Shown: positions 49,278 to 63,900 of the stretch, in pieces
Layout of the letters: every line of letters begins with the position of its first letter
How positions within the stretch are numbered: the first letter of the stretch is position 1
Assembly (NCBI GenBank): GCA_003427395.1
Contig: BFEA01000017.1
Coordinates: 1,159,704-1,223,703 of the forward strand
Length of the DNA stretch: 64,000 nucleotides
Source: Chara braunii
Lineage: Eukaryota > Plantae > Charophyceae
Reading direction: 5' to 3'
The notes under the pieces: model-generated
What the model saw: only the letters and a program-made list of their open reading frames with translations
Databases searched by the model: none
What the model was told of the DNA's origin: nothing
Translations under genes and position numbers: made by a program

Positions 49278-52200
49278 ATGGAAGATGGGTGGGTTCTGGA
49301 CCAGATCCAGAGGGGAACGTAGGAGGTGTTATTGACATCATGAAGGAGAGCAGACGAGGAGGCGCCCCAGACTACCCACCACCGACACCAAGACAGCCAA
49401 CGCCCCCGACGGCCAGATGGAGAGAGAAGAGGGTCAACCAGATACCGACCGCCGAGGATACAAAAGCATAGGGAGACAGGATCTTCGGACGATTCAACAA
49501 GTAGCGACATGCCACCCTGCCACCTAGTCAAGGCGAACTAGCCACGTTGACGGAGGGGACAGGGCGGGTGCCCTGGGTGGAGTACAAGCGTGCAGCGTAG
49601 GCCTTAGCGAAGGAAGAATGTCCTCGCCTCCGTTTCTTCTTCACCAGGTTAAGACCTTCAAGGAGCCCAGGGAAGCTTCCGATTCTGAAGACATCAACTT
49701 AGAGGGATCAGGAACCTCTGTATGAAGGAGTCACCTGAATAACACAGAGCAGTGAAGTCATCGGCGGGGTAAACTTCTCTCTTCACAGATACAGATGATG
49801 GTTCCCTATTAATATGAGGCTTCTATTATATCGTGTGCATGAAGTATTCTTTTGCGATTTTACTAATTGTTTTATTTATCTCATCCCTTTTATCTAAGGA
49901 GGAGGGTATGGGGGAGGCGGTATCANCCCCCCCCTGCCCCCCCCNCCCCCCGCCTCACCCTGCACCAAGTCCCGTACCAGTTGTTTCTCCAATGGAGAAA
50001 CAGAGGATAAGGGACTTGTTGAAGACATGTTTTTCGGACGACATCCTCCCCAAGCACCTTGCTCCTAACACACTGGAAACAGGGAAGGATTATGTCAGGG
50101 TGATCGTCAACCCGGAGGTCTACCAAGTTCAGGTCGAGTGGCTTAAACAATACGTGGTCTCAATCTTTTTTGGAGACGAAGCCACTTCCCTCCCCATAGC
50201 GGTTAAGAAACGACTAGTGAGGATTTACGAAGATGGATGGGCGAACAACAGAACGATAAACGCCCCCCCCAAAAGGGGTCTGTTCCATAATGAATGTCGC
50301 AACCTCATTACGTATGTTGCTTTGTCGGACCAGATTGCCACCTTCATGTTACGTAAAGGTACGGATACGATCACCCTAGACAACAAAACGTACCAAGTCT
50401 CTTTCAAAGCATGGATGAATAAACAGGAGCTGTACGACTGGAGAGATGCAATGAGATATAGGCTTTTTTTGATCAGATGTATGCAGATCCCTGTTGTGGC
50501 TCTTCCCTATCTGGAAAGCACAGTAGAGGACGTTTTCGATAAAATTTTGAAGTCCTTTCCCATGTACGAGGACCCTGTGGACCCAGAACTTATAAATATC
50601 GGATTTGATCTGGTCTCGTCAGCCAGATTAAGATACAAGAGGTATCTGGTGGTCGACCTTGGGATCCACGGTCACACAGACATAGAAGTTATATGTGCAG
50701 ACACCCCATGGTGTGAAGTCTGTCGCAGATACTTCCACTCAGCAGAGGACAGTCAATGCCCAACCTATGAAAAAACAAGCAAGGCAGAGACAGAAAAAAC
50801 AAAGGGAAGGGCGGATAAAACCGTCAACAAGAAATTAGATAAAGGAGACAAGGGAAACAATCTAGACCCGCAGGGAAAAGAGGGAGAAAGGGACGGTGGA
50901 AAAAGGGGGATGATGGAAAAGACGGAGGGAAGGAAAAAGAGAAAGAAGGGGTAAAGGATGCGGACGTGGAGGACAAGGAGAAAGAAGTGGAAAAGGAAGC
51001 GGAGAAGCCCAGGGACAGGGGAAAGGACACAGAAGCGCGTCGGCGTGAGAATCACGGGGGAAATCCCAAACACTCAGCCAAGGGAAAAAAGAAGTCTAAA
51101 GGGAAGGCTAAGAACAACTCTACAGTAACGTATAGGAAAAAAACAGCGCCGAAAAAATTGGTTGAGCCTGAAAAAGACACGGGAATGCACAACCAGCTAA
51201 AGCCCCCCCTGGGTGAGAACCTTGACAGCATGGACACAGAGGTAAGAGAAAAGGTCAATGATAAAAATCCTATGGAAGAACAGAAGGTCATGGAAACGGA
51301 AAAGGAGAAGGACCGCTCGACGGGAGGAGGAGCTCCAGACGCTGATAAGGACAAAAACAGCTTGCAGAGGGAAGACAGTGGGGAGGATGTGACAAAGAAA
51401 ACAGAGGAAAAGAGCGTGCTAGACCGCACAGACCCTCAACCGAGCAAACCCATTGTTCAGGGGATCTTAGGAAAACCAGTGGGCTATACAGCTATATCTT
51501 TTAACGCAGGTCCTCCCACGGATCACCCCGCTTTTACCACTTAACCCTCGAAAACCCAGAATGACCAGCAGTATATACCCACAGAGGTGGGCCAGTCATT
51601 TGAGCTTTGGGAGGCCAGTAAACAATCGTGGCCAATCGAGATAGGCCACAACATTGTAACCGCATACCCTTTCGAGGGAAACTCAGACTTTGGGAACTGT
51701 CAGTTTAACTGGGAATATCCATCGATTGGCCCAGCAGCCAAAAGACTAAGGGGCATTTATAATCAAGGATTTAGTACCATGCCCGCCCCCCCCTCCCATT
51801 CCAATCTCCATCAGGAAGAAGGAGCGATGGATTTTTCTACGAAAAAACGACGGAACCCAGGCTCCGTAAGCAAACCGGAGCTCTCACTGGCAAGACCGAT
51901 GCTCACCCTAACAAAAGAACAAAAAGCCAAAGGGAGAGTTTCAGAATTCTTGGTACCCCTGATTTGCTCGGACTCATCAGACGGGATCAGGCTAATTACG
52001 AAATTGACGGAGGAAGAAAACTTGGAACTCCCGGCTATAGCAGTTTCAAGTCTCCCACTAGAAGAGGAGCTACTGGGTTTGGTGGAAAAAAAAATTCCAG
52101 GAATATACAGCTTCGGTTGCCTCCCTACCTTCATTCAAACCCAGTCGTTACCTAACGTTCTCAGAACAAGGGAAGGCGTTGATTTTTCACATTGTCCTAT

Positions 52201-52520
52201 TAGGAATAAGAATTATCAACGAAACCTTTGAGAACTGGAGCTCCCTACGTGTACACTGGTACCCCTTAAATAAATTCGGACCTCTACATGTGGAGGACCA
52301 TAGAATGATCAGACTGCCGGTCGGCAAAACAGGACAAGTCATCTCGGACTGGATCATACATGCAGACCTCCAGGACAAACTTTCAGGGAATCTCTTGGCT
52401 CAAAACTTGCTAGCCACAAAGTCCCTGAAAACAAATATGGAGAACATCATACACCCAACGAACGATTCTGACCGCATCCAACCAGGCGGCATGGACTATG
52501 CAGATGGTCCTGCCTCCTAG
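49278..52520 (+). pseudogene. LINE A ORF1 (zinc knuckle, charged linker, C-terminal globular domain), disrupted
   Basis: PWCEVCRRYFHSAEDSQC knuckle in ORF 49833-50954; further pieces run to 52520, overlapping the ORF2 start. The start is uncertain. Confidence 0.75.
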
Positions 52521-55500
52521 GATACGTTTTGCATCCTGGAATGTTCGGGGACTAGGCGACACGACGAACAGATATAAACGCGCGAGACTGAGAGAATGGA
52601 TCCACAATAACAATGTTCAAATCATAGCACTACAAGAAACCAAACTCAATACAGAAAAAATCCACCTGGCTCATAACTTGTGGGATGGACCACAGGTTTG
52701 GTCCCCAGGGGAAGGAACATGCGGGGGAGTGGCGATATGGTTTGATAAAAACCTCGAGTTGGAAATGTTGAATTCTTACTCGGATGTTAGAGGGAGGCTG
52801 GCATGGTGTAAGTTCACATTAGGAGAAGAGATATGGGCGGTAATGACCATTTATGCCCCAGTGGACTACACGGAACGAATAGGTTTTTTTGCTAATCTTC
52901 CGGCCTATATCTCAGACACTGAAAATTTGATAATACTCGGGGACTGGAATACAGTGTTCCAGCCGGGCCTAGACTCCCTATCCCGGAATAGAATCAGAGA
53001 CGACTCGGTAATGTTGCGTTCCTTTATGGATGCACAGAGTCTGATCGATGTATACAGATTTATAAACGCAGATTCTTCTGGATTTACATGGTATGGTCCT
53101 AGCACGTCATAAAACTCCCTGGCACCAAGATGTCGACTAGATTTTATATTGGCCAGAGGAGACCCTTGGGATAGATGTATTTGGTCTGACTTTATGGTTG
53201 ATACCTCCTCAGATCGTTTCCCGGTGCTGATGGATGTAGCGGCGAAAGACCTGGTGGAAAAAGGTAGACCGCCGTTTCGCCTAAACGTAAACCATCTCAA
53301 GGATAGAGGTATTATAGAATGGGTTAACAACCAGATGGTACACTGGGGAAATGCAAAAGACCTTTGTGTTAATGAACAGGACTGGGCAGAAGTGGGCCTA
53401 AATATCATAAGAGCATCCCTACAGACCTTTTCAAGAATGAAAGCGGCATCAAGATCCTGGAAAGAAAAGCAGCTTAAAAGAGAGGTGGAGGTAGCGGAAA
53501 CCCAGATGGGAAAATACCACTTTTCAGATTACTACTGAGCCCAGAAGAGAAAAACCGCACTCACCGAATTAGATATGCTCGAAATCCAGAGACAAGCAGA
53601 CTGGCTGCACAGGCTAAAAATAAAAGGGATAATAGGACACGACAGAATGACTAAATTAACATTCAGGTCGCTCATCCTTAGACAAGCCAAACCCCTGATT
53701 AGGGAACTCTCCCATCCCTTTGCCATCGGGAACACAAAAACCTCGGAAATCACACTAATGTGAGAATTTGCTTTTGAGTATTTTAGCGACATCGTGACTA
53801 CACGTAGATCCTTTGATGATTTCGATTCTGACCTGTCGAGCACCTCCCAGTTTTGGGAGCACACCTCAGCCTCAATCTCAAGAACCACACAAGAGGGGCT
53901 ACAGGCGCCGTTCACCATGCAAGAGCTACTGACGGCATCCAAGCAAATGGCAACCGGTAAATGCCCCGGTATTGACGGTCTCCCAGTTGAACTCTTCGTA
54001 GAATGTTGGCAGGGTATGGGCACATTCCTATGCGATGTTTATAACACAAGTTACGACACAGGATCTCTCCCGGAAGGCCTTCAAAGGGGAGTAATCTTTT
54101 TAATTTACAAGAAGGGGAACAAATCCCAAGTGCGTAACTACCGTACCATCTCTGTACTCAACGTGGCATACAAAATATTAGCCAAAGTACTTGCGCTCAG
54201 ACTGGCGAACGCTCTACCCACGCTGATCGGTCAGGAACAGGGAACGTTCCTGAGAGGGCGTTCAATCTTTGATAACATAATTACGATAGTTCAGGCTTTA
54301 TAGATCATAGGGCGTGAAAACCGCGATGTTGCAATAATTTTATTAGATATGGAGAAGGCCTATGATAAAGTAGGATGGGCCTTCGTCCATACTACTCTGT
54401 CCAAAATGGGCTTTGGCCCTCGCTTCCTCCGTTGTGTTCAAGCGATGTATTCACAAGCAACTTCCGTGGTGGCAGTAAATGGCAACCTGTCACAGCCCTT
54501 TAAACTAACACGTTCCCTTAGGCAAGGGTGCCCCTTGGCGCCCCTCCTGTTTGTTTTGCAATTAGAAGTATTGTTAGATAATATTAGAAGAAATGATAGG
54601 ATAATCGGTCTGCGGCTATCCTCCCTTACCCACTGGAAAGGGGGAGCTATCGCAGACGACCTCACCATAGCCTGTGTAAATGAACAGGCGTCATTATGTG
54701 AACTACGTACTGTGATTGATGAATATTGTGCATTATCTGAAGCCTCGATTAATTGGGACAAATCTCTCTTCTTTTTACCCCCTTCATACGAGCTCTGTGT
54801 TAATTGGGGACTCCGTCAAGTCCCGGTGGAAAATGCTGAGCATTTTCTAGGAGTCCCAGTCTCTCTGTCAAACTGCACAGCAGTCCAGGATAAACTGTTG
54901 GTGGAGAAAATCTCAGCACGAGTGGCCAGCTGGATTATAAATCATAAACTGTCTTTATTTGGCCAAGCCTTGGTCCTCACCTCGGCGGCCTTTTCAGTCT
55001 TATGGTTTCCTTTGGCTATCCACCTGTTGGGCGACGAGGCATACATGCAAATAAAGAGGGTGGCAGCTCGTTACCTATGGAAACCGGACGCCTCAGAAGA
55101 CCAAGGCTTCATCACCAAAGTAGCTTGGGAAACTATAACTCAATCGCGAGAAAAGGGGGGCCTAGGCCTGCTGGACCCTCGCCACCAAAACCTTGCTCTG
55201 CTGGCGAAATGGACAGTCCAAGCATTGATGGATCACCAGGATAAGCCCTGGGTCAGAATGGCAGAGTACATACTCGTGGCAAACTTGGGAGTAGGCAACG
55301 GCAAGAGCATATGGATTACTCTGCTTCGAACAAACTTCGCAAAGAGGAGGATTAAATCCCCAGTCTGGAGGGGTCTACTACATGCTTGGAATGTACTGAA
55401 GCCGGGACTACTAAGACATCCACAGACAAAGCAAGAAGTTGCTGCCCAAGTACTGTTCGACAACCAACTTATCAAGCGGGACTCAGGACGACCCTTCGAA

Positions 55501-56690
55501 ACCAGGGATGCAAGAGGAAATTTTGCCAGGTCATGGATGGAGAAGGGAGTGCTCCTGGTGGAACACATTTGAGATAAAGACAAACAGGACTGGAAGAATG
55601 CAGAGGTAATGCGACAACTACTTCCACGGCTACATGCAGTTGAAAGTAACTACGCAAGCCTTCTGGCAGCATTGCCCTGCCACTGGCGGCAACTATTGCG
55701 AGAGGATACAGAACAGCCTGCGGACACGTGGCTATTCGCGACCGACGAAGAAGACAGAGTTTTAAAGATTTTGGGCCCAGATCTCCAAAGGGGTCTGAAT
55801 GTGGAACAATGGAGGATAGGAAAGAGCAAAGGAGTAGGATCTGAGCTAATATGGGAAAAGGATACAATCATCTCCTCATCGGTGGGTTTGCGGGAAACTA
55901 GGGTTGCTACCGTGAAGGGAAATGACAAGAGAAAGAATCTGATGCTCCTTGGGAATGCAAATAGCTTCAAGGTAGACCCCCTGCTCTATGGGTGCAGGGT
56001 GGACGGGAAGGTCATCCCCTTAGTTAAGTATAAATCGAAAGTGGGAACAGCAGTAGCTCGCAGTAGAGTTACTAAGAGCCTCATAGTGGTAGCAGAATAT
56101 AGATTCAAGAAACTAGTGGATGCTACCCCTCCCCCGGATTTCATGTGTTTGTGGAGATTACTGAAAACAATCCCCTCTAAAAAACAAGCAAATTTATTAT
56201 GGATGCAGTCTCTGTCAGTAACAGCCTTTGCGCAATGGTTGCAACAGAGAGGAATGAACTTGGAACTAACTTGTTCCAGGTGTAACTGGGGTTGGGAATC
56301 CACTGAGCATCTATGGCTCTTGTGTCCTTAGTCTGATGAACTATGGCAATGGTGGCAAACACAATGGTCCGATATGACAGATAAAGACTAGGAGTGGTCT
56401 ACACAGCCTACCAAGTGGCCAGGCAAACTTGAAAGACAGATGGAGCTATGCTGCGGTGGTCTGCAAAGGAATCCTTCTCGAGGTCATCTGGAATGCAAGG
56501 AACGCGAAAGTCTTCAGAAAAGAAACCATTCAGACAGGCCAACAGATCAGCCAAGTTAAGACAGCCATCAAGCTGGCCATCCTCACAGACTGAAGAAGAT
56601 CGAGGGCGAGGGTTAGTACAGGAATTCAATGGAATGACCCCTGGCAGGAGATCCTCCTTTTTACTGTGCTTTAAGGTTTATAATTTTTTT
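52498..56690 (+). pseudogene. LINE A ORF2: APE endonuclease, RT and zf-RVT
   Basis: SWNVRGL, LQETK, IYAP, GDWN, RLD; PGIDG, NYRTISVLN, DMEKAYD, RQGCPLAP, IADD, GGLG; CSRC...ESTEHLWLLCP. One frame from 52498 to ~56400, broken by point-mutation stops. Confidence 0.95.
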
Positions 56691-56915
56691 GGAGAGTATT
56701 TCGAAGGAGCATGGGAGACTAGACCCGTTTTTCAGAAGGAGAGTTAATTAGATGTTTAAGGAAGATAGAGATATCTCTGGACAATAAGCGAAACTGACTG
56801 AGGCTGCCAGGATAACTCCGGGTTGAATTGTGAGGTCCCCGGCCTCGCCCCATGACTTTTTTTGGTAATGAATTGTCAAGCTTTCCAAAAAAAAAAAAAA
56901 AAAAAAAAAATTTCC

Positions 56916-56946
<31 letters not shown>

Positions 56947-56952
56947 ATCCAG

Positions 56953-59900
56953 ACTCATCAAAAGAAAAATGAAAAAAGGAAACAGAGGGTGATCACAACA
57001 TGAAAGAAGGCCCCTCCTCCTCCCCATCCCCCTCATGGGCACAGAGACTCAGGCAAACAATGAACGAGAAAACTCTAAATGTATCGCGTCCAGTGATAGG
57101 CCCTCCAGGCACACCAGCGGAAGAGCTGAAGATTCCCTTGAGAAACCTCTCGTCGGCAAGGGCATACTTCTTGTCACTTTTTCTCATTCCCTCAGAAGAA
57201 AAAGTGGTGGAATAGGGGGGGAGAAAAACTCTCATGAAGTCCTATCCAGCAGAAAAACTGAAGCAGAGAAATGAAATTTACACAAGACAAGCTAATAACT
57301 GGATCTTCTATGGGAATTCAGCTCACCGCTCCACTAATGATAAGATCAAATGGATATGTAAGAGGCTATTGTCATTAAAAGGAAGTGAGGAAGCAGTATC
57401 ATAGTTTTTTCTCATACAGCCGGTATCTTCCACTATCTTTACGGTACTCTGCTTGTTCGAAGAAGATAAAAAACAAATTGATGGCTGGAGGAAAATGTTT
57501 TGGGAATCTGCACACGAAAGTTCTCAGGTAAGAATTTACCCATGGCTCCCACGAAAAACAACTCTGGAAGAAAGGAGAGAGCAACTGATGAGAGATCACT
57601 ACTGGGTGGACTCCGTCATATTCCTATCGAAGTGCAAGCGGCGTTTGTGCATGACTTTGGACAAATCTTTAAGATTGTCGACTTTATTGACCCGCTACCT
57701 ACACACATGGCAAAACGGGATGACTACTTGATGATAGCTAAAGACTTACAAAAGGATCAACCCTTCTCTTTGGACGACATTGTCCCATACAAAATGGGGG
57801 GAAGGATTTTTCAGATCCACACTGCCCACAAATTCCGACCGTGGTGTTTCAAATGCAGAGCATATGGACACCTCAGCACAGAATTTGCATGTCCATTACA
57901 CCCCCAACATTCACACCCACTGGACCGGAAGCTGAAAAATGATCTCCAAAGACCTCACACGTGGGTTCCAATAGTGCCGGGTTTTGAGGGTTGGGTATAC
58001 TGTGATGAAGTATCGCAGACCGGTTTGCAGATTGGATGGTATCGAGAGGGAAGAGGTGATCACCGAAAAGGCCCCCGCCCACCTCCTGAATGGATGCCCC
58101 CCCAACAGCATCACAATCAGAACCAGCAGACTCTGCACCCCAATCATCAGAATCAACAACATCAGCAGAAAAGCCCCCTGAGCAGGTCAAATGGTCACGA
58201 TAAGCAAGGAAAAGACACACAGGGGATGCAAGTTGCTCAGGGTAGGGTACAGAAGAAACAGGAGTCTCAAGGGAGGCAAGGGTCAATCCCGTATAATCAA
58301 GACAAGGCAGTTCAGCAAGAGGTCCCCAGTGGGAATGAGCACAGGCCCCCGGGGCCATCGGGGCCAGCGGGGACAAGTCCATCCAATCAAGAAAGGGTTG
58401 TACAGCAAGAGTTTTTCAAAAGGAATGAGTGCAGGTCCCCGGGACCGTTGGCCGAACTACCTCCCAAATATCCCTCAGACAAGTCATGGTTTGGGCTTAG
58501 AATGGAGAACGGTGAAATCCAAAAAACGACCCTCTTTATAGAAACAACCAAAGGAGCAAGGCTCATCCACTGCAACAGACACACAAACCAGTCAAAAGAA
58601 ACTCATATTGCAGGTGGAACAAGAGCCATATACAATTGAGTTACCAAGCCATGACGAAAACTCACAACAGGAGGGGTCAGGGACACACTTATTGTCTTCA
58701 CCGCCACAACCTCAGCAGGTCACCCAGTTAGTACGAAATTCACCATTGTCACCACAGTCACAGCAACTGTCGACTAATCCACAGCCGAAAAAACAGGATC
58801 ACGTAAATCGGTCAGAATCAAATTTCTCTCAAAATACACTGGTTGAGACTGACAGTGATAGAATACAGACTGAACTTCAGATTCAGTCTGTTTATCCCTC
58901 GTGGGAGACAAGCATTACTCCCATGGAGGTAGACCCACTTAGAGAAGTTTTCTCAACAGAATACGTGGATTATGAAGAAGCCCCGGTAAAGGTTATCCCT
59001 CTCAAAATAATAGGAGATTAGGGAGGGGAACATGACTCGCTCATCAGATTACAGCAAGGGGTACAGAATGTGTCAGACTGGGTGATCAGTAACTTAAAGT
59101 TCAAATATCCGTACGCGGTGGAAGAGACCTGGACTCCCATTATGGATCAGATCAGATCCCTGCTTTTTTGTAGCGACAGTCTAAAATCGGCTTTTCAATT
59201 TGGTCTGCCCTCGGAAGAAGACTGGTTGACAGCCAGCAACAGACTACTGCACATTGCCATAGAGAAAGTCCATCCCCCCTTGCTACAACACAAGGAAGAT
59301 AAAAGAGAGCGAGGGGGGTCTCACCGCCAATTTGGATCAAGAAGACTAAAGGTTTTGGCGAGGAAAAGTGACTTGATAAACAAAGAAAATAAAAAACAAA
59401 TGTACAAAAAAGCACCCCTACCAAGAAAATCTCATGTTCAGGGAGTATCAAAGATTTGGGGAAGTAGTAATAACCGCAGATTGCAACAGTTGGCAATCAC
59501 TCCTCACTTCATAAAGGAGTTCAAAGCAAGAAAGAAGAAGCGCCTATCAAAGAAGAACAAGTCACGCCAAGACACAAGAAGGAAAGAGGTAGTTAAGTAA
59601 AACTTGATGAATTCCATCACTCCCGTTGTGTCTCAGGCTCACCCTCCAACTACCACTTACACTCAACATGGGACCGTAGGGGTTGAGTCTGATTCTGTTT
59701 TTCAGGGCGACTCAACTCCCTCGCTGCTCATCAGTAAAGAGGCTCACAGGCCTGAGAGTGTAGCCTCTACCCAAACATCACAGGAGCCCCCACACTGTTC
59801 CAAACTGGGGGACGCCATTTGGCTGGATGAACCAGTGTCCCAAAATTCTTCCCTCTTGCTGTGCTGCAGCCAAGAATCTTCTACCATTACGGATACAACG

Positions 59901-60800
59901 ACCCTGTCCTTGTCTCGAGAGACTGTGTTGAAACCTGAAGGAAGTACAGGGGACGGGGACAGACAAGTAAAGGAAGTAGTTTCAGAGATAACTGGGGAGA
60001 AAAAAATCCTGGTGGTATCAGATACCCAAGAAAAAGAGGAAGACAGATCCTCATCACTCATTGTGTAGGACAATGAGGATGAACAACTTCCACCCCCTCC
60101 ACATCAGGATATACAAGGGGAGGAGCAGGACAGTGGATCTGCACCCACCCCTCTTCTAGAAATAGACTTGACAGGAGATACAAGAGACGCTAGTGCCATG
60201 CAACAATCCATCTCGTCCATTTTGACGGTTAGCACCAACAGTACTAGCAAAAGGCAAAAACTCAGATCTAAAATGAGCATAGATGTGAGTGTCATATCCC
60301 TCTCTAAACCTGGAATAGTCATTATACCCGTCAGGTTGAAAGAAGGAGTATGGGAAGTTCGTTTGTCAATGGTAGATGGTTCTCAATATGGAGGAGTCAC
60401 ATTACAAGGTACAACGTCATCCTTTGTCTCCCTGTCAAACCTCACAAGAGGGAAGACAGATGAGATGATGATTAAAATGGATGTAGCGAAATATATTAAA
60501 GAGTCATTTCCACAAGGGGGCTGGGCCACTCTCACTCTCTCATCGACACTCACTTTCACATCAAAAATAAGTAGGATTGTTGACAGAGATGTATACTTGC
60601 GATACAAGGTAGGTGAGTCTATTGATCTAAAATGGATGAGTATGAAATCTCTTATGGAGATTCAAGTTCTAAAGATCAAGGCCTGTCAGTTTTGGTTGGA
60701 GTCAGATGTAACCTTACTGCTGCTGAGAATAATTAAACAGGCAGTTTTATCGCATCGGGGCATATTAGATACTGGAAACTGGGAGTTCTTGTAAAACGCC
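56953..60800 (+). pseudogene. LINE B ORF1, 3' portion (very long, disrupted)
   Basis: CCHC-like knuckle at ~57840-57895, long Q/S/E-rich linker, C-terminal globular region at 60300-60794. Confidence 0.7.
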
Positions 60801-60943
60801 CACTGGTTGGTCATCTACAGAAAGTAGATATTGCCCTATTCCCAAAATAGTTAGCTTTGGTTATAATCATTAATGATGGGGGAAATAAATTTAGTAGATG
60901 TGGCTTACAAAAAAGACAAAAATTGAAAACTCCTGAAGAGAAA

Positions 60944-63900
60944 TGCATACCTAGATCTCAGGTCGTTAAACGTTAATGGGTTAGCCTCAACCAAGAACTC
61001 CAAGAAACAGGCAATATATGAACAAATTAGGGGAGTAGATGGTAAAAACTCACCCGACGTAATCTGTATACAAGAAACTCACCTTCAAAACACAGATGCA
61101 CATAATTATGCCATAAAGAAATCTGGCCCCACACGTCAGACAGAGCGCATGCTCCCAAACCAGGGAGTGCGAGCGTTGCAATTTGGATGCCCCCTGACAC
61201 CAAGTTAGAAGTTATAGGATGGAAGGCAGACCAACGGCAGGGTAGATGGGTGTACATACTAGTGATGATGAAACTCGAAATGGTTAGCATCCTAAATGTT
61301 TATGGGCCAAATGACTTAGGTGAGCGAGATGACTTCTTCTCCAGTATGCTCACCCATTTACCATCAGGCATCCCCGTAATCATGGCAGGAGATTTCAATG
61401 CAGCTCCAGACCGTAAATTAGACAGGTGGAACCTCTCTGTCCCCTGTCCTGCTTATGTGGAAACGGATGAGTTTATCATCTCAAACCTTTGTCAAACAGC
61501 TAACCTTTTTTATTCCTTTAGGAGATTGAACCTGAATACCCAAAGTTTCAGCTGCTTCAGGAGGAATCAAGCAAGGAAAAGCATAAAGTCCAGAATAGAC
61601 TTAATCATAATCTCTGAGGAACTGCAGGGGTCAGTACAGTTTGCCAACATACTCCCAAGAATCCCCTTCCCAGAATTAGATCACGCTATGTGCATGGTAG
61701 TACTCATACTCAGCAGGAAACCTGATCAAGGTAGAGGGTTTTTACAGGCTTAACACTTCACATCTCAAATCAGACAATTTCAAACAATTCCTCATTGATG
61801 TGTGGAATTTCTGGAGAGAACAGAAGTCCCCCATTAACGATACAATTAAGTGGTTCAAAAACACCCTAACTTTCCTAGGACGTAAATGCAATGAATATTC
61901 CAAGGCTCTTGCTAAACAAAGGCATCAAAATGAAATACAGTTACACAAAAGAATTGAAGAGCTTCAACAAACAGAAATTCATACTGAAGATCAGGACCAA
62001 CTAGACCTCATAGCCGATGAAATCAAAAAATTAGAGGAACAACTAATGGGACATATGAAATATAGGTGGCAGAGGATAAGAATTAGGAGGAAACTAAAGA
62101 AGAATCAAATGGAGGGATCTATGGATGCAAGATTCTTTGCAATGGCAAAAGCAAATTCAGGTAGAACCACTATCGAGGCCTTATCCAATCCCTGTGACAC
62201 TAATGCACCTTTATCCACTTCATCGGCTGCCTGTAACAAAATTGTTGGAGACTACTTTAAGAAACTCTTTTCATCAGAAAAAAAAAAAAATTCCCAGAGA
62301 TCAATTTATCAAGGAAATCGACGATTTCCTCCAACCCATGACACGATTCCTATCAGATAATCAGAGGGAAGCGTTGGACAAACCTCTCAGAAAAGAGGAA
62401 GTATGGAAAACACTAATGCTGATGGAAGAGGAAAAAACTTCGGGGATTGATGGCTTCCCCAAGGAATTTTGGGAACTAATGTGGGACAATATCTCCCAAG
62501 ATCTTATGGAATTTTATCAGGCAGTATGGAGTACAGGGGAAATGGGGGAATTTGTAAGTCAGGGGGTTCTAACTCTCCTATACAAAAAAGGGGGAAAAAC
62601 AAATATAAGAAACTATCGTCTCATCACCTTGCTAACAGTAGTATATAAATTAGTAGCCAAGGTATTAACTGACAGACTGACCCAGGTTATAACAGATATT
62701 ATTCACCCAGCACAAACAGGTTTCATAACAGGAAGAAATATACAGGATAACATCCTCTTGGTAAATGAACTTATCAAAGTCACTCGCCAATCCAGACACA
62801 TTGCTGCATTTATATTTATAGACTTTGAAAAGGCATACGATCACGTTGACTAGGTGTTTCTAGACAAATGTCTGGAAAAAATAAAATTTGGCCCTTACTT
62901 TAGAAGATAGGTAGAAATTATGCACAAAAATGCAACAACTAGGACGATGGTAAATGGTAACCTAGCTCCCCCAATTAATCTGGAGAGATCAGTTAGACAA
63001 GGAGATCCACTAGCCCCATTTTTCTTTGTAATTATAATGGAGGCCCTTACAACAAATTTAAGATAAAATAAGGACATCAAAAGAATTAGAATAACATCTA
63101 TCCCTGAGGATGCAATCCAGTACGTTCCCTGTTTGCTGATGACCTCTCTCTCATGCTGGATGCATCAGAGGATAACCTTAGTGCCCTTAAAAGACTAATG
63201 GACCAATTTTGTAGATTATCAGATATGAAGATAAGCTGGGGAAACAAAACACTGGGCTGGTGGATTCATCATCAGGGTGCCCGGCCACCAGAAATCCCAA
63301 AGATTAAATGGCTACCAATGGAGTCCCCAGTCACAATCCTAGGCATCAACCTATCAGCTGCGGGCAAACCGACCTCTAATAACGAAGGGATCCTTCAAGC
63401 TGCTCAGGCTAAACTTGAGACTTGGAAAAACAAGCATACCTCTATTTTTGGGAGGGTCTTAATCATTAACAATGTTGTATTGGGATCCATCTGGTACAAA
63501 TCTGCAATATGGGCTCTTGACAAAGCCCCAATCAAAGCGCTTCATCAGTGCCTCAGAGCTTTCCTATGGAGAGGGAACCATGACCTCACAAATGTGATAA
63601 GCANAGTTGCNTGGTCTGNAATCATTCAACCAAAATCAAGAGGCGGGCTAGGTTGTATCGACCCTACTCTCCAATCTATGACACTATCTATCCAATGGAT
63701 CATCAGGCTTCTCTTTAGCCCACAGGTCTCATAGACTATCCTAGCATGGGAACAAATTAGGCGATTGGCACCCTTAACTAATGAAACAATTGACCCCCTA
63801 ATGTGGTTGGAAAATCGAGTCTGGCCCCTCCCAAGAAGTAAAAAATCAGCAGGGGAAGAAGGCCCCTCAAACGACAGGGATGAGGCTAAAAGAGACCTCA

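Larger units (their letters stand above)
49119..56939 (+). mobile_element. L1/Tx1-type LINE A, near full length, nested in LINE B ORF1
   Basis: TSD AAAAAGAATCCAG (49106-18 / 56940-52); poly(A) 56887-56939; ORF1 plus APE-RT-zf-RVT ORF2. Confidence 0.93.

Noticed and set aside
56333-56345. Other CTGATGA heptamers (also ~11177, ~22415, ~63136)
   Set aside because: No stem II plus GAAA and NUH arrangement; three of the four lie in RT/ORF2 coding sequence.
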